Shown in pieces: positions 10,352 to 20,993 of a stretch of 64,000 bases of DNA; within the stretch, counting starts at the first letter, position 1; the number at the start of each line of letters is the position of its first letter. This DNA comes from a bacterium (lineage in GTDB: Bacteria; Patescibacteriota; Patescibacteriia; JAGPKW01). Under the pieces are notes generated by a model. The model worked only from the letters and a program-made list of their open reading frames with translations, was not told where the DNA came from and ran no database searches. The stretch covers positions 5,631-69,630 of the forward strand of contig JAJXYN010000009.1 of assembly GCA_021780535.1 (NCBI GenBank), read 5' to 3'. The translations under genes and the position numbers were made by a program.

Positions 10352-10750
10352 TTATAATGTTTTTCTTACTGAATATTCTGGTGTTATTATTTGAGAGTAT
10401 TTTTTGTTTTTTGTTTTTTCTATTCCTATTTTTATAAAATCCTCATTCGTTTCAAATTCGGTAGATAATACTCCAATTATTGGAATATTTAACTTATAAG
10501 CTATTGCATTTGCTATTATTATTCCTATTCTGAAATTCATGTTTATTCCTAAACCATTACAAACAACTAGATATTTTATAGTTGATATATCTAATTTAAA
10601 ATCTAAAATAAAATTATTTAATAATTCTAAAATCTTTTGAGAATCTTTAAAGTCTATTATATTTATTTTTGAAAACAAAATCTTACCATATTCATCTGAT
10701 ATGAAAAATTTTATTTCTTCTTTTGAATTTGTGTTGATAAATAGAACCAT
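10352..10750 (-). CDS. Short, divergent TsaB-like protein
   Basis: LFINT..., SQKILELL, IKYLVVCNGLG...FRIGIIIANAIAYKLNIPIIGV resembles the TsaB N-domain. Confidence 0.7.
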   Translation of the reverse strand: MVLFINTNSKEEIKFFISDEYGKILFSKINIIDFKDSQKILELLNNFILDFKLDISTIKYLVVCNGLGINMNFRIGIIIANAIAYKLNIPIIGVLSTEFETNEDFIKIGIEKTKNKKYSQIITPEYSVRKTL

Positions 10751-10766
10751 AAATTATTATTACTGC

Positions 10767-10866
10767 AATAAATCTAACTATAATATTTTCTTTTCATGGT
10801 GTTCCGCTCAATTGAGATATCAAGCGAGCTTCACAAATGAAAGAAAATATTATAGTTAGATTTATT
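10767..10866 (-). ncRNA. Hairpin element copy 1 (candidate structured RNA)
   Basis: ~30-bp inverted arms 10767-10797/10837-10866 around an inner stem-loop; homologous to 58317-58419. Confidence 0.5.
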
Positions 10867-10905
10867 AAAAAATATATTAGAAAACATTCTTAAATTAATC
10901 ATATT

Positions 10906-11469
10906 TTATTCAAAAAGTTTTACATCCTTGAAAAATGGTAATTCTAGATCTTTTTGAGATACTATTGGCGTTACCCCTAGGCTTGTTATAACTAAATTTA
11001 ATTCTGGATCATCATATCTTATTCCTGCTTCATGTTCTTTGGAATACTCATTAGAGCATTTATAATTAAATATTGTATCATCTTCCAATACTACAAAACC
11101 ATGGGCGAATCCGACTGGCACATAAAACATTTTATTATTATTTTCTGATAATTCTACTGAAAAAACTTTTTTAAAAGTTGGAGAAGATTTTCTTATATCA
11201 ATTGCAAAATCTAAAACCTTACCTTTTATAACTGAGCATAATTTTGCTTGAGCTTTTGGATTTAATTGATAATGCATTCCCCTCACGCTACCCTTTTTTG
11301 AACATGATAAATTATCTTGGACAAAATCAACATTAATACCATTAGATATAAATTCTGATTTTTTAAAAGTTTCAGTAAAAAAACCTCTATCATCTGTAAA
11401 TGATTTTTTTTCTATTATTATTGGGTATTCTAAATTTGAATCTTCTAATTTATTGAATATAAAAGGCAT
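10906..11469 (-). CDS. rfbC: dTDP-4-dehydrorhamnose 3,5-epimerase
   Basis: DDRGFFTE, FVQDNLS, RGMHYQ, GFAHGF. Confidence 0.96.
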   Translation of the reverse strand: MPFIFNKLEDSNLEYPIIIEKKSFTDDRGFFTETFKKSEFISNGINVDFVQDNLSCSKKGSVRGMHYQLNPKAQAKLCSVIKGKVLDFAIDIRKSSPTFKKVFSVELSENNNKMFYVPVGFAHGFVVLEDDTIFNYKCSNEYSKEHEAGIRYDDPELNLVITSLGVTPIVSQKDLELPFFKDVKLFE

Positions 11470-11473
11470 AATT

Positions 11474-12496
11474 TTATTTTACACATTTATTAAGTTCGTT
11501 TTCTTTATTTTTTTCTATATTTTCAACCCATTCTTTATTGTTTATATACCATTCAACCGTTTCTTTTAGTCCTTCTTTGAAATTTTCTTTTGTATAAATA
11601 GGTTTCCACCCCATAGATTTTATTTTACTTGAATCTATAGCATATTTTCTATCATGCCCTGGTCTATCTTTAACATATTCTATACTATTTTCATCTTTAC
11701 CCATTAATTCTAAGATGGCTTTTGTTATATCAATATTTTTAATTTCATTATCTGAACCTATATTATAAGTTTCTCCATCAACTCCTTTGTGTAATAATAA
11801 ATCTAAGGCATTAGAATGGTCTATAGCATGAATCCAATCTCTAACATTAAGACCATCTCCATAAACTGGAATTTTTTCATTTTTTAATAATTTCAAAACA
11901 AAAAACGGAATCATTTTTTCTGGGAATTGATATGGTCCATAGTTATTTGAACAATGCGTAACTATAACTGGTAAATGGAATGTTTTTACATAAGCTCTAC
12001 AAAATAAATCAGAACTAGCTTTTGAAGCTGCATATGGAGAATTTGGTTTAAAATTACTTGATTCTGTAAATCTATCTTTTCCATCAAGCTCTAAAGAGCC
12101 ATAAACCTCATCCGTAGAAACATGAACAAGTCTTTTTATTTGTTCTTTATTATTTTTAACAATTTCTAATATTGTTTGAGTACCTAAAACATTTGTTATT
12201 ATGAAATCTTTTGCAAAACCATGAATCGATCTATCAACGTGTGATTCTGCTGCAAATGCAATTATATAATCTATATTCTCTGTTTTTATTGTATTTTCTA
12301 ATAATTCATAATCACAAATATCCCCTTTTACAAATTTATAATTAGAATTATCTTCTAAATCTTTTAAATTATCTAAATTCCCTGCATATGTTAATTTATC
12401 ATAATTTATTATTTTATAATTTGGATATTTTTTTATCATGTAATGAATAAAATTTGAGCCTATAAAGCCGGCTCCGCCCGTTACTAGTAAGTTCAT
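11474..12496 (-). CDS. rfbB: dTDP-glucose 4,6-dehydratase
   Basis: GGAGFIGSNF, DKLTYAGN, AAESHVDRSI, STDEVYG, YAASK, DRPGHDRKY. Confidence 0.97.
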   Translation of the reverse strand: MNLLVTGGAGFIGSNFIHYMIKKYPNYKIINYDKLTYAGNLDNLKDLEDNSNYKFVKGDICDYELLENTIKTENIDYIIAFAAESHVDRSIHGFAKDFIITNVLGTQTILEIVKNNKEQIKRLVHVSTDEVYGSLELDGKDRFTESSNFKPNSPYAASKASSDLFCRAYVKTFHLPVIVTHCSNNYGPYQFPEKMIPFFVLKLLKNEKIPVYGDGLNVRDWIHAIDHSNALDLLLHKGVDGETYNIGSDNEIKNIDITKAILELMGKDENSIEYVKDRPGHDRKYAIDSSKIKSMGWKPIYTKENFKEGLKETVEWYINNKEWVENIEKNKENELNKCVK

Positions 12497-12511
12497 ATTT
12501 ATATTTATTAT

Positions 12512-13363
12512 TTATATAACCTTTAGAAATTCTGCCAAAGCTTCCTTCCAATTTCTCATTTTTGGTTCTATTTTTGTATTTATTAGTATACTGTATTTTG
12601 GTCTTCTTGCTTTTGTTGGATATTTTTCTGATTTTATTGGATTTACTATTGTTGTTATTTTTTTTAATCTGAATATTTCTTTTGCAAAATCATACCATGT
12701 TGTAGATCCTTCGTTTGTTGTATGATATATTCCTTTTTCTAATTTTTTTTCTAAAATATACCTTGTTCTTTTTGCTACATCTACGGTATATGTTGGGTTT
12801 CCATGTTGATCATTTATTACATTTATCTCTGATTTTGTTTTGGATAATTCTAACATTGTTTTCACAAAATTCTTGCCTTCTTTCCCATAAAGCCAAGATA
12901 CTCTTAGTATATAATATTGAAATTTATAATTTTGGTTTTCTATCCTTAGAATATTCTGTTCTCCTATATATTTTGAATATCCATAATAATTAACTGGACC
13001 CATTGTTTTATTATCCTCTTTATACCCATCTATACTTTCTCCATCAAATACATAATCTGTTGAATAATGGACAAATATTATGTTACTCCTAGAGCAGGCT
13101 TCTGCTAAATATAAGACACTTTCTGCATTTAATTTTAATACTAGTTCTCTTTGATCTTCATCTTCTGCATTATCAACCGCCGTATAAGCTGCTGCATTTA
13201 TTAAAATTTCTGGATTTGTGCTTTTAATAAAATTATCTATATGTTCTTTGTTTGTTATATCTAGAGTTTCTTTATCTGTTAATATTAATTCATTATCTTT
13301 TTTTAATTCTTCTATTAAATCGTGAGCTAGCATACCTTTTGACCCTGTTATTAATATTTTCAT
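12512..13363 (-). CDS. rfbD: dTDP-4-dehydrorhamnose reductase
   Basis: NAAAYTAVD, STDYVFDG, YGYSK, DQHGNPT, ARRPKYS. Confidence 0.96.
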   Translation of the reverse strand: MKILITGSKGMLAHDLIEELKKDNELILTDKETLDITNKEHIDNFIKSTNPEILINAAAYTAVDNAEDEDQRELVLKLNAESVLYLAEACSRSNIIFVHYSTDYVFDGESIDGYKEDNKTMGPVNYYGYSKYIGEQNILRIENQNYKFQYYILRVSWLYGKEGKNFVKTMLELSKTKSEINVINDQHGNPTYTVDVAKRTRYILEKKLEKGIYHTTNEGSTTWYDFAKEIFRLKKITTIVNPIKSEKYPTKARRPKYSILINTKIEPKMRNWKEALAEFLKVI

Positions 13364-13380
13364 AGATTTTTTGTTATTTA

Positions 13381-14907
13381 TTATTTTGAATAAATTTTCC
13401 CTGTTTTATTCTCTAAATATTTTATAACACCATTCTTTGTTTTAATCTTTCCTTCTAAAAATAAATTACTCATTTCGTTTATTATCTGAGAAGAAACTTG
13501 CCCTTCTTTTATTTCAAAATCTTTTAATATTTCCGGAGTTATTATTTCTGATATTTTTATTTTATCTTGCAATAAATCATTGTATATATTTATAAATTCT
13601 AACAATTTTGATGAAATTTCTTTTTCAATTAATGATTCATCATCATATTCTGCTATTAAAAATACAAAATTTAATATCAATAATTTTACAAAATTATTAT
13701 TAAAAGCAAATTTCTTTTTATCTACAATATTTGAATCTAATAATTCATTTAATTTTGAATCATGATTTATTATTAACCAAGAGATTTCCTCTTTCAATTC
13801 CTTATTAAACCCATATCTCTTCATTATATCCATAGATATACTTAGGGACATTGTTTCATGATCTTTAAAATATATTTTTTTTAGTCCATTCTCTAATTCT
13901 ATATATTCTGGGTTTAATTTACCTATTTCATGAAAAAGACAACTCCATAATACGCCTGTGCCATATTTATCAATTATACAGTCCTTAATGTCTTTTGTAT
14001 TTTGTAGATCTCCAAAATCTTTGAATAAATATTTTTTTAATAAATTGAATAATATTTTATTAGAAAAAGCCTTTATACAATTTAATGTAAAAACGTATAT
14101 ATCTGAATTTGAATTATCATTTACTTTATAAATTATACCCTGTGTCTTTTTAATCTCTGGCAAAAGATATTCTAGTATCTTAAATTTATCTAATTCATAA
14201 AACACACTATTTATGTTTGTCAAAGACAAAATTTCATCAAGTTCTATTTTTATTCTTTCTTTTGATATCTTTTCTAAATTTTTACCATACTGTTTGATTA
14301 AATTTATATCTTTATCTTTAGAAATTAAACCGTATTTATTCTTAAATCTAATATATCTCAATATCCTTAAATAATCTTCTTTTATTCTCTTTTCTGTTTT
14401 GCCTATAAATTTTATCTTTTCTTTTTTAATATCTTTTATACCTCCATTAAAGTCTGTTATGGTTTTTAAAAAAGGATTAAAATAAAGAGCATTCATTGTA
14501 AAATCCCTTCTTTTTGAGTCTTTTTTTATTGAGTTCAAAAATTTTATAGAAGATGGTCTTCTTCCGTTAGATACTTTTCCATCTTTTCGCAAAGAAGCTA
14601 CTTGAAAATTAAACCCATTGAATAAAACTGAATAAACCCCAAAAACTTCATTTAATATTTTATATTCAATATTTTTTGATTCAAAAAACTCTTTTATATC
14701 TTTTTTGTTTTTACGTTTTATAGCAATATCAATATCTTTTATTATATTTTTTTTATTTAAAAATTTATACATCAATAAATCCCTTGGGTAGCCACCAACG
14801 AAATAACATTCTGAATATTCATTTAATATTTTTAAAAAATCAACTGCAGAGGATTCTATTTGTGTTTTTGGAGAATAATCTTCTATTTTTATAATTTTTT
14901 TTAACAT
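13381..14907 (-). CDS. cca: CCA tRNA nucleotidyltransferase (class II) with degenerate HD domain
   Basis: YFVGGYPRD, DIDIA, RRDFTMNAL, EDYLRILR, ISKERI; HD motif appears as LFHEIGK. Confidence 0.85.
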   Translation of the reverse strand: MLKKIIKIEDYSPKTQIESSAVDFLKILNEYSECYFVGGYPRDLLMYKFLNKKNIIKDIDIAIKRKNKKDIKEFFESKNIEYKILNEVFGVYSVLFNGFNFQVASLRKDGKVSNGRRPSSIKFLNSIKKDSKRRDFTMNALYFNPFLKTITDFNGGIKDIKKEKIKFIGKTEKRIKEDYLRILRYIRFKNKYGLISKDKDINLIKQYGKNLEKISKERIKIELDEILSLTNINSVFYELDKFKILEYLLPEIKKTQGIIYKVNDNSNSDIYVFTLNCIKAFSNKILFNLLKKYLFKDFGDLQNTKDIKDCIIDKYGTGVLWSCLFHEIGKLNPEYIELENGLKKIYFKDHETMSLSISMDIMKRYGFNKELKEEISWLIINHDSKLNELLDSNIVDKKKFAFNNNFVKLLILNFVFLIAEYDDESLIEKEISSKLLEFINIYNDLLQDKIKISEIITPEILKDFEIKEGQVSSQIINEMSNLFLEGKIKTKNGVIKYLENKTGKIYSK

Positions 14908-14909
14908 TT

Positions 14910-15602
14910 TTATATTTTATTATTGGAATTTGAAGTATCTTTCAACATGTTTTCTGCCATATATTTATTCAAACCTTCCGATATTTCATCTTTTACTACT
15001 ATTTTTTTGCATTCTAATATTTTATATAAAAATTTGTCTATTAAATTTAATCTATGGATAAATTCGTCCCTATCCATAACTGTATAATTCAACTCTCTTC
15101 CTACCATTTTTTCTAATTCTGAAACAAAAGATAGAACCTTTTCACTATCAAAAGTACCAATAGCTAATATATCTGTTGGTGAATCTGAATTTGTAAAATA
15201 ACCCGTTAATATAAAATAACCTATACCTTCTATAGTTTTTATTTTCTCTTTTATTTCATTTTCTGATATTATCTCTGATTTCAAAAACAAAGCTTTTAAT
15301 TCATTAAAATAAGAAAAGTCTTGATTTGTTTGATAATATTTTTTTTGGATTTTCCCACTTGATTTTGTAGAGATGGTATTTTCTGTATCACTATCTTCAT
15401 TATCAAGAGATCCGAGATCACTTTCTCCTACGCATTTTATTAATTCTATACTTTCTAGATTTGAGAGTTCTCTACGAATAGAATTTAAATGCTCATCTAA
15501 AAGCCTTGTAAGTTCCCGAACAAAAAATTTTTTTTCTGGATTAAAAAGAAAAAGTTTTAATAATTTTACCCTAGTATTAGAACTAAATAATTGATGTAAC
15601 AT
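14910..15602 (-). CDS. Winged-helix regulator fused to a nucleotidyltransferase-like domain
   Basis: LFSSNTRVKLL...FVRELTRLL...NSIRRELSNL; C-terminal TGYF...TDILAIG...RELNYTVM. Confidence 0.65.
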   Translation of the reverse strand: MLHQLFSSNTRVKLLKLFLFNPEKKFFVRELTRLLDEHLNSIRRELSNLESIELIKCVGESDLGSLDNEDSDTENTISTKSSGKIQKKYYQTNQDFSYFNELKALFLKSEIISENEIKEKIKTIEGIGYFILTGYFTNSDSPTDILAIGTFDSEKVLSFVSELEKMVGRELNYTVMDRDEFIHRLNLIDKFLYKILECKKIVVKDEISEGLNKYMAENMLKDTSNSNNKI

Positions 15603-15818
15603 TTTGATTGAATAAGTTAACTATTATTATTGTTATAATTTATTTATTTCAGTGTATAACATTTTTGTTCTATCATCAAGAAGCTGAATAAAAATTTTAT
15701 TTTATCAAATTTTAGCTAATTTAATTTATTATACTCTTTTTAACTGTTAACAATTTATTCTAAATAAAATCTTATTATGCTATTATACTAATATAAGATT
15801 TTTAATCTTCTTAATATT

Positions 15819-18050
15819 ATGTCTGAAAATTTAGAAATATCAGTAAAAAGCTTTCATATCAACAGTCATGATAAAAATTCATTTGTTGATGTTTTAATAT
15901 CTTCACCTTCTCCCGTTCAAAAAAGAACTCTCGGAAAACTTGTTATAATAACGCAAATAAACTCTGAGATCCAAACAAAAAATTTAATCAATATTATAAA
16001 TGAGAATATTAGGAGTAATTATTATTCAAATATAAATGCTAATATTGAATTTTCATTAGAATCAACACTTTCTGACTTTAATAAAAAAATAAAAGAAATA
16101 GAAAAGATAGAAAAGATAAAAGATTTGAAATCTAAACTATCTACTTGCGTTATAATAATAAAAGATAACTCCGTTTATTTCACCCAACATGGCGATATTT
16201 CTAGCCTTCTACTACATAAAACTAAAATTATAAATATAGTAGAAGATAATGTAGTGGAAGATAATCCAGAAAAGATTTTTTCTAATATTATTATTGGGAA
16301 AATTACAAAAGGAAGTACATTATTATTCTCTACAAATAGTTTATTTGATTATACAGAACAAGAAAAAATATCAAATCATCTAGAAAATTCTAATATAGAA
16401 AACACAACTGAATTTATTAGAAAAAGCTTAGATGCTAAAGAAGATATTTCTTATGGGATAGGATGTGTTTTGATTGGAGAAAAAAAGATACTAGAAGAAG
16501 AGATTGCAAATGAAGATGATGACGTCTCTTACGAAGATAGAAATAATATGGAACAAAATATAATACCTCAATTAATTGGTAATATAAATAAGCCATTAGG
16601 ATTTTTTAAAGACTTCTCAAATTTTGTATCATCAAAAATGAAATCATTATCTGAAAATAAAAAATTAAATGATTTTATTAATAGCACTAAAAAAAATAGT
16701 AAAGAAGCTATAACTATAATATCAGAAAAAAGCAAAGAAAATATCAAAAAAGGTGGAGAAAGTATATCTAAAAAAATGAAAGTATTTTTCACATCAATAC
16801 CATCCACAGTTAAAACCGCTATTGAAAAAACTAAAAAAATAAATGAAGAAATAGCAAAAGAAACTCCAAAAGAAAGATTTGCAAGATATGAAAATAATAT
16901 AAAAACTTGGTACAAGGAACTTACTTTAGCTAAAAAAATAGTATTTGTTTCAATAATTGTTGTAATATTTTCATCTTTAATTACATATAGAATATGGCAA
17001 CAAAACGAAAAAGCTAAAATAGCTGAAAACGAATATCAAGATAGTCTAAATTATATAAAATCTATACAAAACGAATCCACATCTTCTTTATTATATAACA
17101 ACATACCAAAAGCTAAAGAGCTTATATCAAATGCTGAATACTTAATATCAAATTTAAAAACGGACTCTAAAACTAGACAAGAAAATAAATTAAAATTAGA
17201 AGAAGAAAATAAAAATATATTGAATAAGGTCTATAAAATAATTAACATTACAAATCCTACTGTATTATCTGATTTATCTTCAAATAATCCAGCTGTTACT
17301 GTTAATATTAATAAAATATTATTCTTTAAAAATTCTTTATATGCTTTTGATTATAAAAATAAAGGTTTTTATAATATAGACAATGCTAGTAAAAACGTAA
17401 TTAAAATCACTACTGATGCGAATCTCAATGAAATAAAAGCTATGAATATTGTATCTAGCGAAAATGGTAATATTTTATTCATAGATTCTAGTAATAATAT
17501 GTACACTTTTGATGGAACATCAATAAACAGAATAACATTAAAAGATAGTTACCAAACCGAACTAAACAAATACTCTATTAGTGATATAAACTCATATAGT
17601 CAAACATTATATCTATTAGATACTAACAAACAAGATATACTTACTATAAAAAAAGGTACAAAAGACTATGGTAATGTTTATTCTTGGCTAAAATCTTCTT
17701 GGGATTTTAAAGATGTTACATCTATGACTATAGATGGATACATATATACAGCAAAGTCTAATGGCTTAGTTGAAAAATTTTATAGAGGTTATAACAGAGC
17801 CTTTACTCTTGATGAAATAAACCCTAAATTACAAAATATTGTTAAAATATATACGGATGATAGTACTAATAATATTTATATACTAGATGCTCAGGGAAAA
17901 AGATTTGTTGTTTTTAATAAAAATACTGGCTCACTTGTTGGACAATATATATCTACAAGCTTTGATAAGTTAAAAGATTTTTATGTAGATTCAAAAGCCA
18001 ATAAAGCTTACATATTAAATGATAATAAAATTTTTGAAATATCTTTATAA
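15819..18050 (+). CDS. Bitopic membrane protein: phosphatase-like cytoplasmic domain, TM helix, extracellular beta-propeller-like domain
   Basis: 743 aa; VYFTQHGD and LLFSTNSLFD resemble a degenerate PP2C fold; repeated LYLLD/IYILD/AYILN blades. Confidence 0.55.
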   Translation: MSENLEISVKSFHINSHDKNSFVDVLISSPSPVQKRTLGKLVIITQINSEIQTKNLINIINENIRSNYYSNINANIEFSLESTLSDFNKKIKEIEKIEKIKDLKSKLSTCVIIIKDNSVYFTQHGDISSLLLHKTKIINIVEDNVVEDNPEKIFSNIIIGKITKGSTLLFSTNSLFDYTEQEKISNHLENSNIENTTEFIRKSLDAKEDISYGIGCVLIGEKKILEEEIANEDDDVSYEDRNNMEQNIIPQLIGNINKPLGFFKDFSNFVSSKMKSLSENKKLNDFINSTKKNSKEAITIISEKSKENIKKGGESISKKMKVFFTSIPSTVKTAIEKTKKINEEIAKETPKERFARYENNIKTWYKELTLAKKIVFVSIIVVIFSSLITYRIWQQNEKAKIAENEYQDSLNYIKSIQNESTSSLLYNNIPKAKELISNAEYLISNLKTDSKTRQENKLKLEEENKNILNKVYKIINITNPTVLSDLSSNNPAVTVNINKILFFKNSLYAFDYKNKGFYNIDNASKNVIKITTDANLNEIKAMNIVSSENGNILFIDSSNNMYTFDGTSINRITLKDSYQTELNKYSISDINSYSQTLYLLDTNKQDILTIKKGTKDYGNVYSWLKSSWDFKDVTSMTIDGYIYTAKSNGLVEKFYRGYNRAFTLDEINPKLQNIVKIYTDDSTNNIYILDAQGKRFVVFNKNTGSLVGQYISTSFDKLKDFYVDSKANKAYILNDNKIFEISL

Positions 18051-18054
18051 AAAT

Positions 18055-18091
18055 AAAAAATGGCGGGATTCAGAACGAATCTCGCCTTTTT
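18055..18091. terminator. Bidirectional intrinsic terminator
   Basis: GGCGGGATTC...GAATCTCGCC flanked by A and T tracts, between convergent genes. Confidence 0.75.
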
Positions 18092-18115
18092 GTTATATAT
18101 ATACATAACATTGAG

Positions 18116-18592
18116 TTAACCCTTATTTTTCGAGATTAACCCCATAATGAACCTTACCAATTTTGAAAGATCGTTATAGAATTCTTCTTCATGGATACAC
18201 CCTATAACGTTTTTGGCAGCTTCATCACTCATAAAATCAACAATTTCTCCTGTGCCATAATGATTTTCTGGCTTTCTAATTGTGATTAATATGATGTTTA
18301 GACCATTACAGTCCCTTGATAGAAAAAGATCTTTCCGGCGTGGACTATTATCAAAAGCCGAGAGATCATCTTCATGAATAACTATAATAGATCCTTTTCT
18401 GTCCCCCAATCTAATCTCATCAAAAGACAATACTTCAATGATTTTTTGGTTACCAGGAAAGATAGATGTAAGAGACTGCACAATAAGATACAACTTATCT
18501 TTCGAGCTACCTAATGCTTGTTTTCTTAACTTGGAATTCCTCGGGACCACTAGAACAATCTTGTCTACCATTGAAATATCAAGCTTCTTCAT
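18116..18592 (-). CDS. Orphan hypothetical protein
   Basis: Start moved to ATG 18592 (MKKLDI), preceded by CAGGAGG at 18601-18607. Confidence 0.7.
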   Translation of the reverse strand: MKKLDISMVDKIVLVVPRNSKLRKQALGSSKDKLYLIVQSLTSIFPGNQKIIEVLSFDEIRLGDRKGSIIVIHEDDLSAFDNSPRRKDLFLSRDCNGLNIILITIRKPENHYGTGEIVDFMSDEAAKNVIGCIHEEEFYNDLSKLVRFIMGLISKNKG

Positions 18593-18663
18593 GTATTTTG
18601 CCTCCTGTAAATTCAAAATTGTATTCAGTGTATTTTTATCATATTTTTTATTTTTTTGCAACC

Positions 18664-20946
18664 TTACCGTTCCATAAATATCTTAACATCACCGATATCT
18701 TTATTTGATTTAAAAATCTTTAAAAGATTCACATATTTTTGATGTATTTCTATAAAATTTATCTTATCCCAATACGCACTTCTAATATAATCATCCTTTA
18801 ATAATAAAAAACATTTGCTAGCCCCTGTTATTTCTTTAGCCTTCTCTAATACGTCTTTACTTGGGGTTTTTATCATACTATTAAATACATCCACTCTTTC
18901 TTTTTGAGAAAATTCCAAGCCTTGTGGAAAGCCACCAGTAACTATTCTGCCACCACTTTCATATTCCATAGCTAAAAGTGGCCACGTATTCCCTATTATA
19001 CAGAATTTTTTATCATTTTTTATTTGTGAAAACAACCATTTTGCAGCTTTAAAATCATTTTCTGTAGCATTTTGCATAATCGGACCAGAAAATAAAGTTG
19101 ATACCGAGAATAAAGAATAAAATAAAACAATGGAAATAATTAAAATATTGTAATATTTAGATGTTGAGAAATTGAGAGATTTTTCTTCTACTTTTTCTAT
19201 CAAAAACAATATTCCATATGCAAAAAATAAAAGCAGTAATATTGATATAAATATTTCTATTCTCTTAGCAAATATTCTTACCCCACTAAAACATAAAAAT
19301 GATATTAAATAACTTAAAAACAATGATAAAAATGAAAATACTACAAATCTATATTTATCTTGTTTTTTATAAAAATATATTATCCCTATTATCACAATTA
19401 ATATAAAAATTATAGAAAAAAGAGGAGCAAAACTCACAATCCAAGGGACATTTAATTTATCAGTATCAAATATTGTTTTGAAATAAATAAAATTTCTAGA
19501 AGATTCATATATATTACTTGAATAATTTGATAAAGAAAATAAATTACTAAAAAATATACCTATTTTTTGAAAAAAATCTAACAAACTTTGCTTTATTAAA
19601 AAACTTTGCGCTGATACTATATCCAATATTAATATTGGCAATGACAATATTGGTATAAATAAAAATTTAAACTTAGTATTAATTTTATTAAATAAAATAT
19701 AAAAACTAACAAATATTATAAAAATAATAAGAAAAACTATATAATTAAAGTATAAAAGTAAAAAACAAAAAGTAAAAAACAAAAGAAAAGATTTTAACGA
19801 GAAATCATTATTTTTTATTTTATTAAAAAATAAAGTTATTATAAACAAAAATAGCAATAAACCAAAACCTCTTGGATCACCTTGGGATCCCTCTATTAAT
19901 AACGGGCTCAACAAAAGAGAACTCAAAGAAAAAAGAAGAATAAGATTTTCTTTATTTGTAAAATTTTTAAATATATTAATAAAAAATATTGGCACAAATA
20001 TTGACCAAAAAATAAAGACAAAATATTTATCTACAAATAAAACATCCTTATTTATAATCCAAGAAATAAAAATATCTGACGCCCATTTATTACCATAACT
20101 TTGCTTATTACCTACTACCAAAACTTCTGGAATAACCAAACCACCAATATTTTTCATTGTTACATTTTCTTTCGTACCAAAAAGTGATGGAGTTATTATA
20201 TTCCCTTGTTGTAAAGACTTTTCTATCCCAGCATGTCTTAATCTATCCCCACCAAAGCCAGATTTATATAAAACAGGGAGAGTTGAGTGGAATATAAAAG
20301 ATGTGAAGATTATTAGAAGAAGTGATAGTGTAAAATATGAGAATGAACGAGAAGGAATGAGAAGGGTTGAATTTTTGCTATTTTCTTCTGATTTAAATTT
20401 AAATATATAAATTAAAACAAAACTTATCAAGGCTACAAACAATAGCCATAATAACGGGAATGTTTTACTGAATTGATATATATTATAATCACCAGAACGT
20501 GCTTGAAAAAGATAGAATAAAATCAAAAGACTAAAACTGAAAAAACCAAAAACCAAAACTGAAAAATTTATATTAAAATATGGAAATATTGAAACATTCA
20601 AAAGCTTTTTTATGTTTGAATATTTTAATGTTTCAGTTTTTATTTTTATGAAAAATAATGGCAGTAATGTTGTTAATATTAGTGAAGTTATAAAAAATAT
20701 CGGGGTTATTTTATATAAGACTATAAATATTGAACCATAAAAACATAATAGATAAAAAGATATAAAAATACCTAACAAATAAGAAAATGTTAAGTTTTTA
20801 AAATACTTGTTTAATAATTCTCTATAAGAGTATCCCGTTATCAATAACCACAAAATTAAAACAATTACACCTATATATGTATTTTTTAAAAAGAATGTAT
20901 TTAGAATTAGCAAAATCAATGAAATTGCATTTAATATTATTATCAT
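18664..20946 (-). CDS. Polytopic membrane protein (possible GT-C-type glycosyltransferase)
   Basis: 760 aa with many TM segments; GGDRLRH loop; soluble C-terminal domain. Confidence 0.55.
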   Translation of the reverse strand: MIIILNAISLILLILNTFFLKNTYIGVIVLILWLLITGYSYRELLNKYFKNLTFSYLLGIFISFYLLCFYGSIFIVLYKITPIFFITSLILTTLLPLFFIKIKTETLKYSNIKKLLNVSIFPYFNINFSVLVFGFFSFSLLILFYLFQARSGDYNIYQFSKTFPLLWLLFVALISFVLIYIFKFKSEENSKNSTLLIPSRSFSYFTLSLLLIIFTSFIFHSTLPVLYKSGFGGDRLRHAGIEKSLQQGNIITPSLFGTKENVTMKNIGGLVIPEVLVVGNKQSYGNKWASDIFISWIINKDVLFVDKYFVFIFWSIFVPIFFINIFKNFTNKENLILLFSLSSLLLSPLLIEGSQGDPRGFGLLLFLFIITLFFNKIKNNDFSLKSFLLFFTFCFLLLYFNYIVFLIIFIIFVSFYILFNKINTKFKFLFIPILSLPILILDIVSAQSFLIKQSLLDFFQKIGIFFSNLFSLSNYSSNIYESSRNFIYFKTIFDTDKLNVPWIVSFAPLFSIIFILIVIIGIIYFYKKQDKYRFVVFSFLSLFLSYLISFLCFSGVRIFAKRIEIFISILLLLFFAYGILFLIEKVEEKSLNFSTSKYYNILIISIVLFYSLFSVSTLFSGPIMQNATENDFKAAKWLFSQIKNDKKFCIIGNTWPLLAMEYESGGRIVTGGFPQGLEFSQKERVDVFNSMIKTPSKDVLEKAKEITGASKCFLLLKDDYIRSAYWDKINFIEIHQKYVNLLKIFKSNKDIGDVKIFMER

Positions 20947-20993
20947 AAAACTATTTATAACAAAAAAAGAAGGCTTAAGTCAAGCCAATCTTT

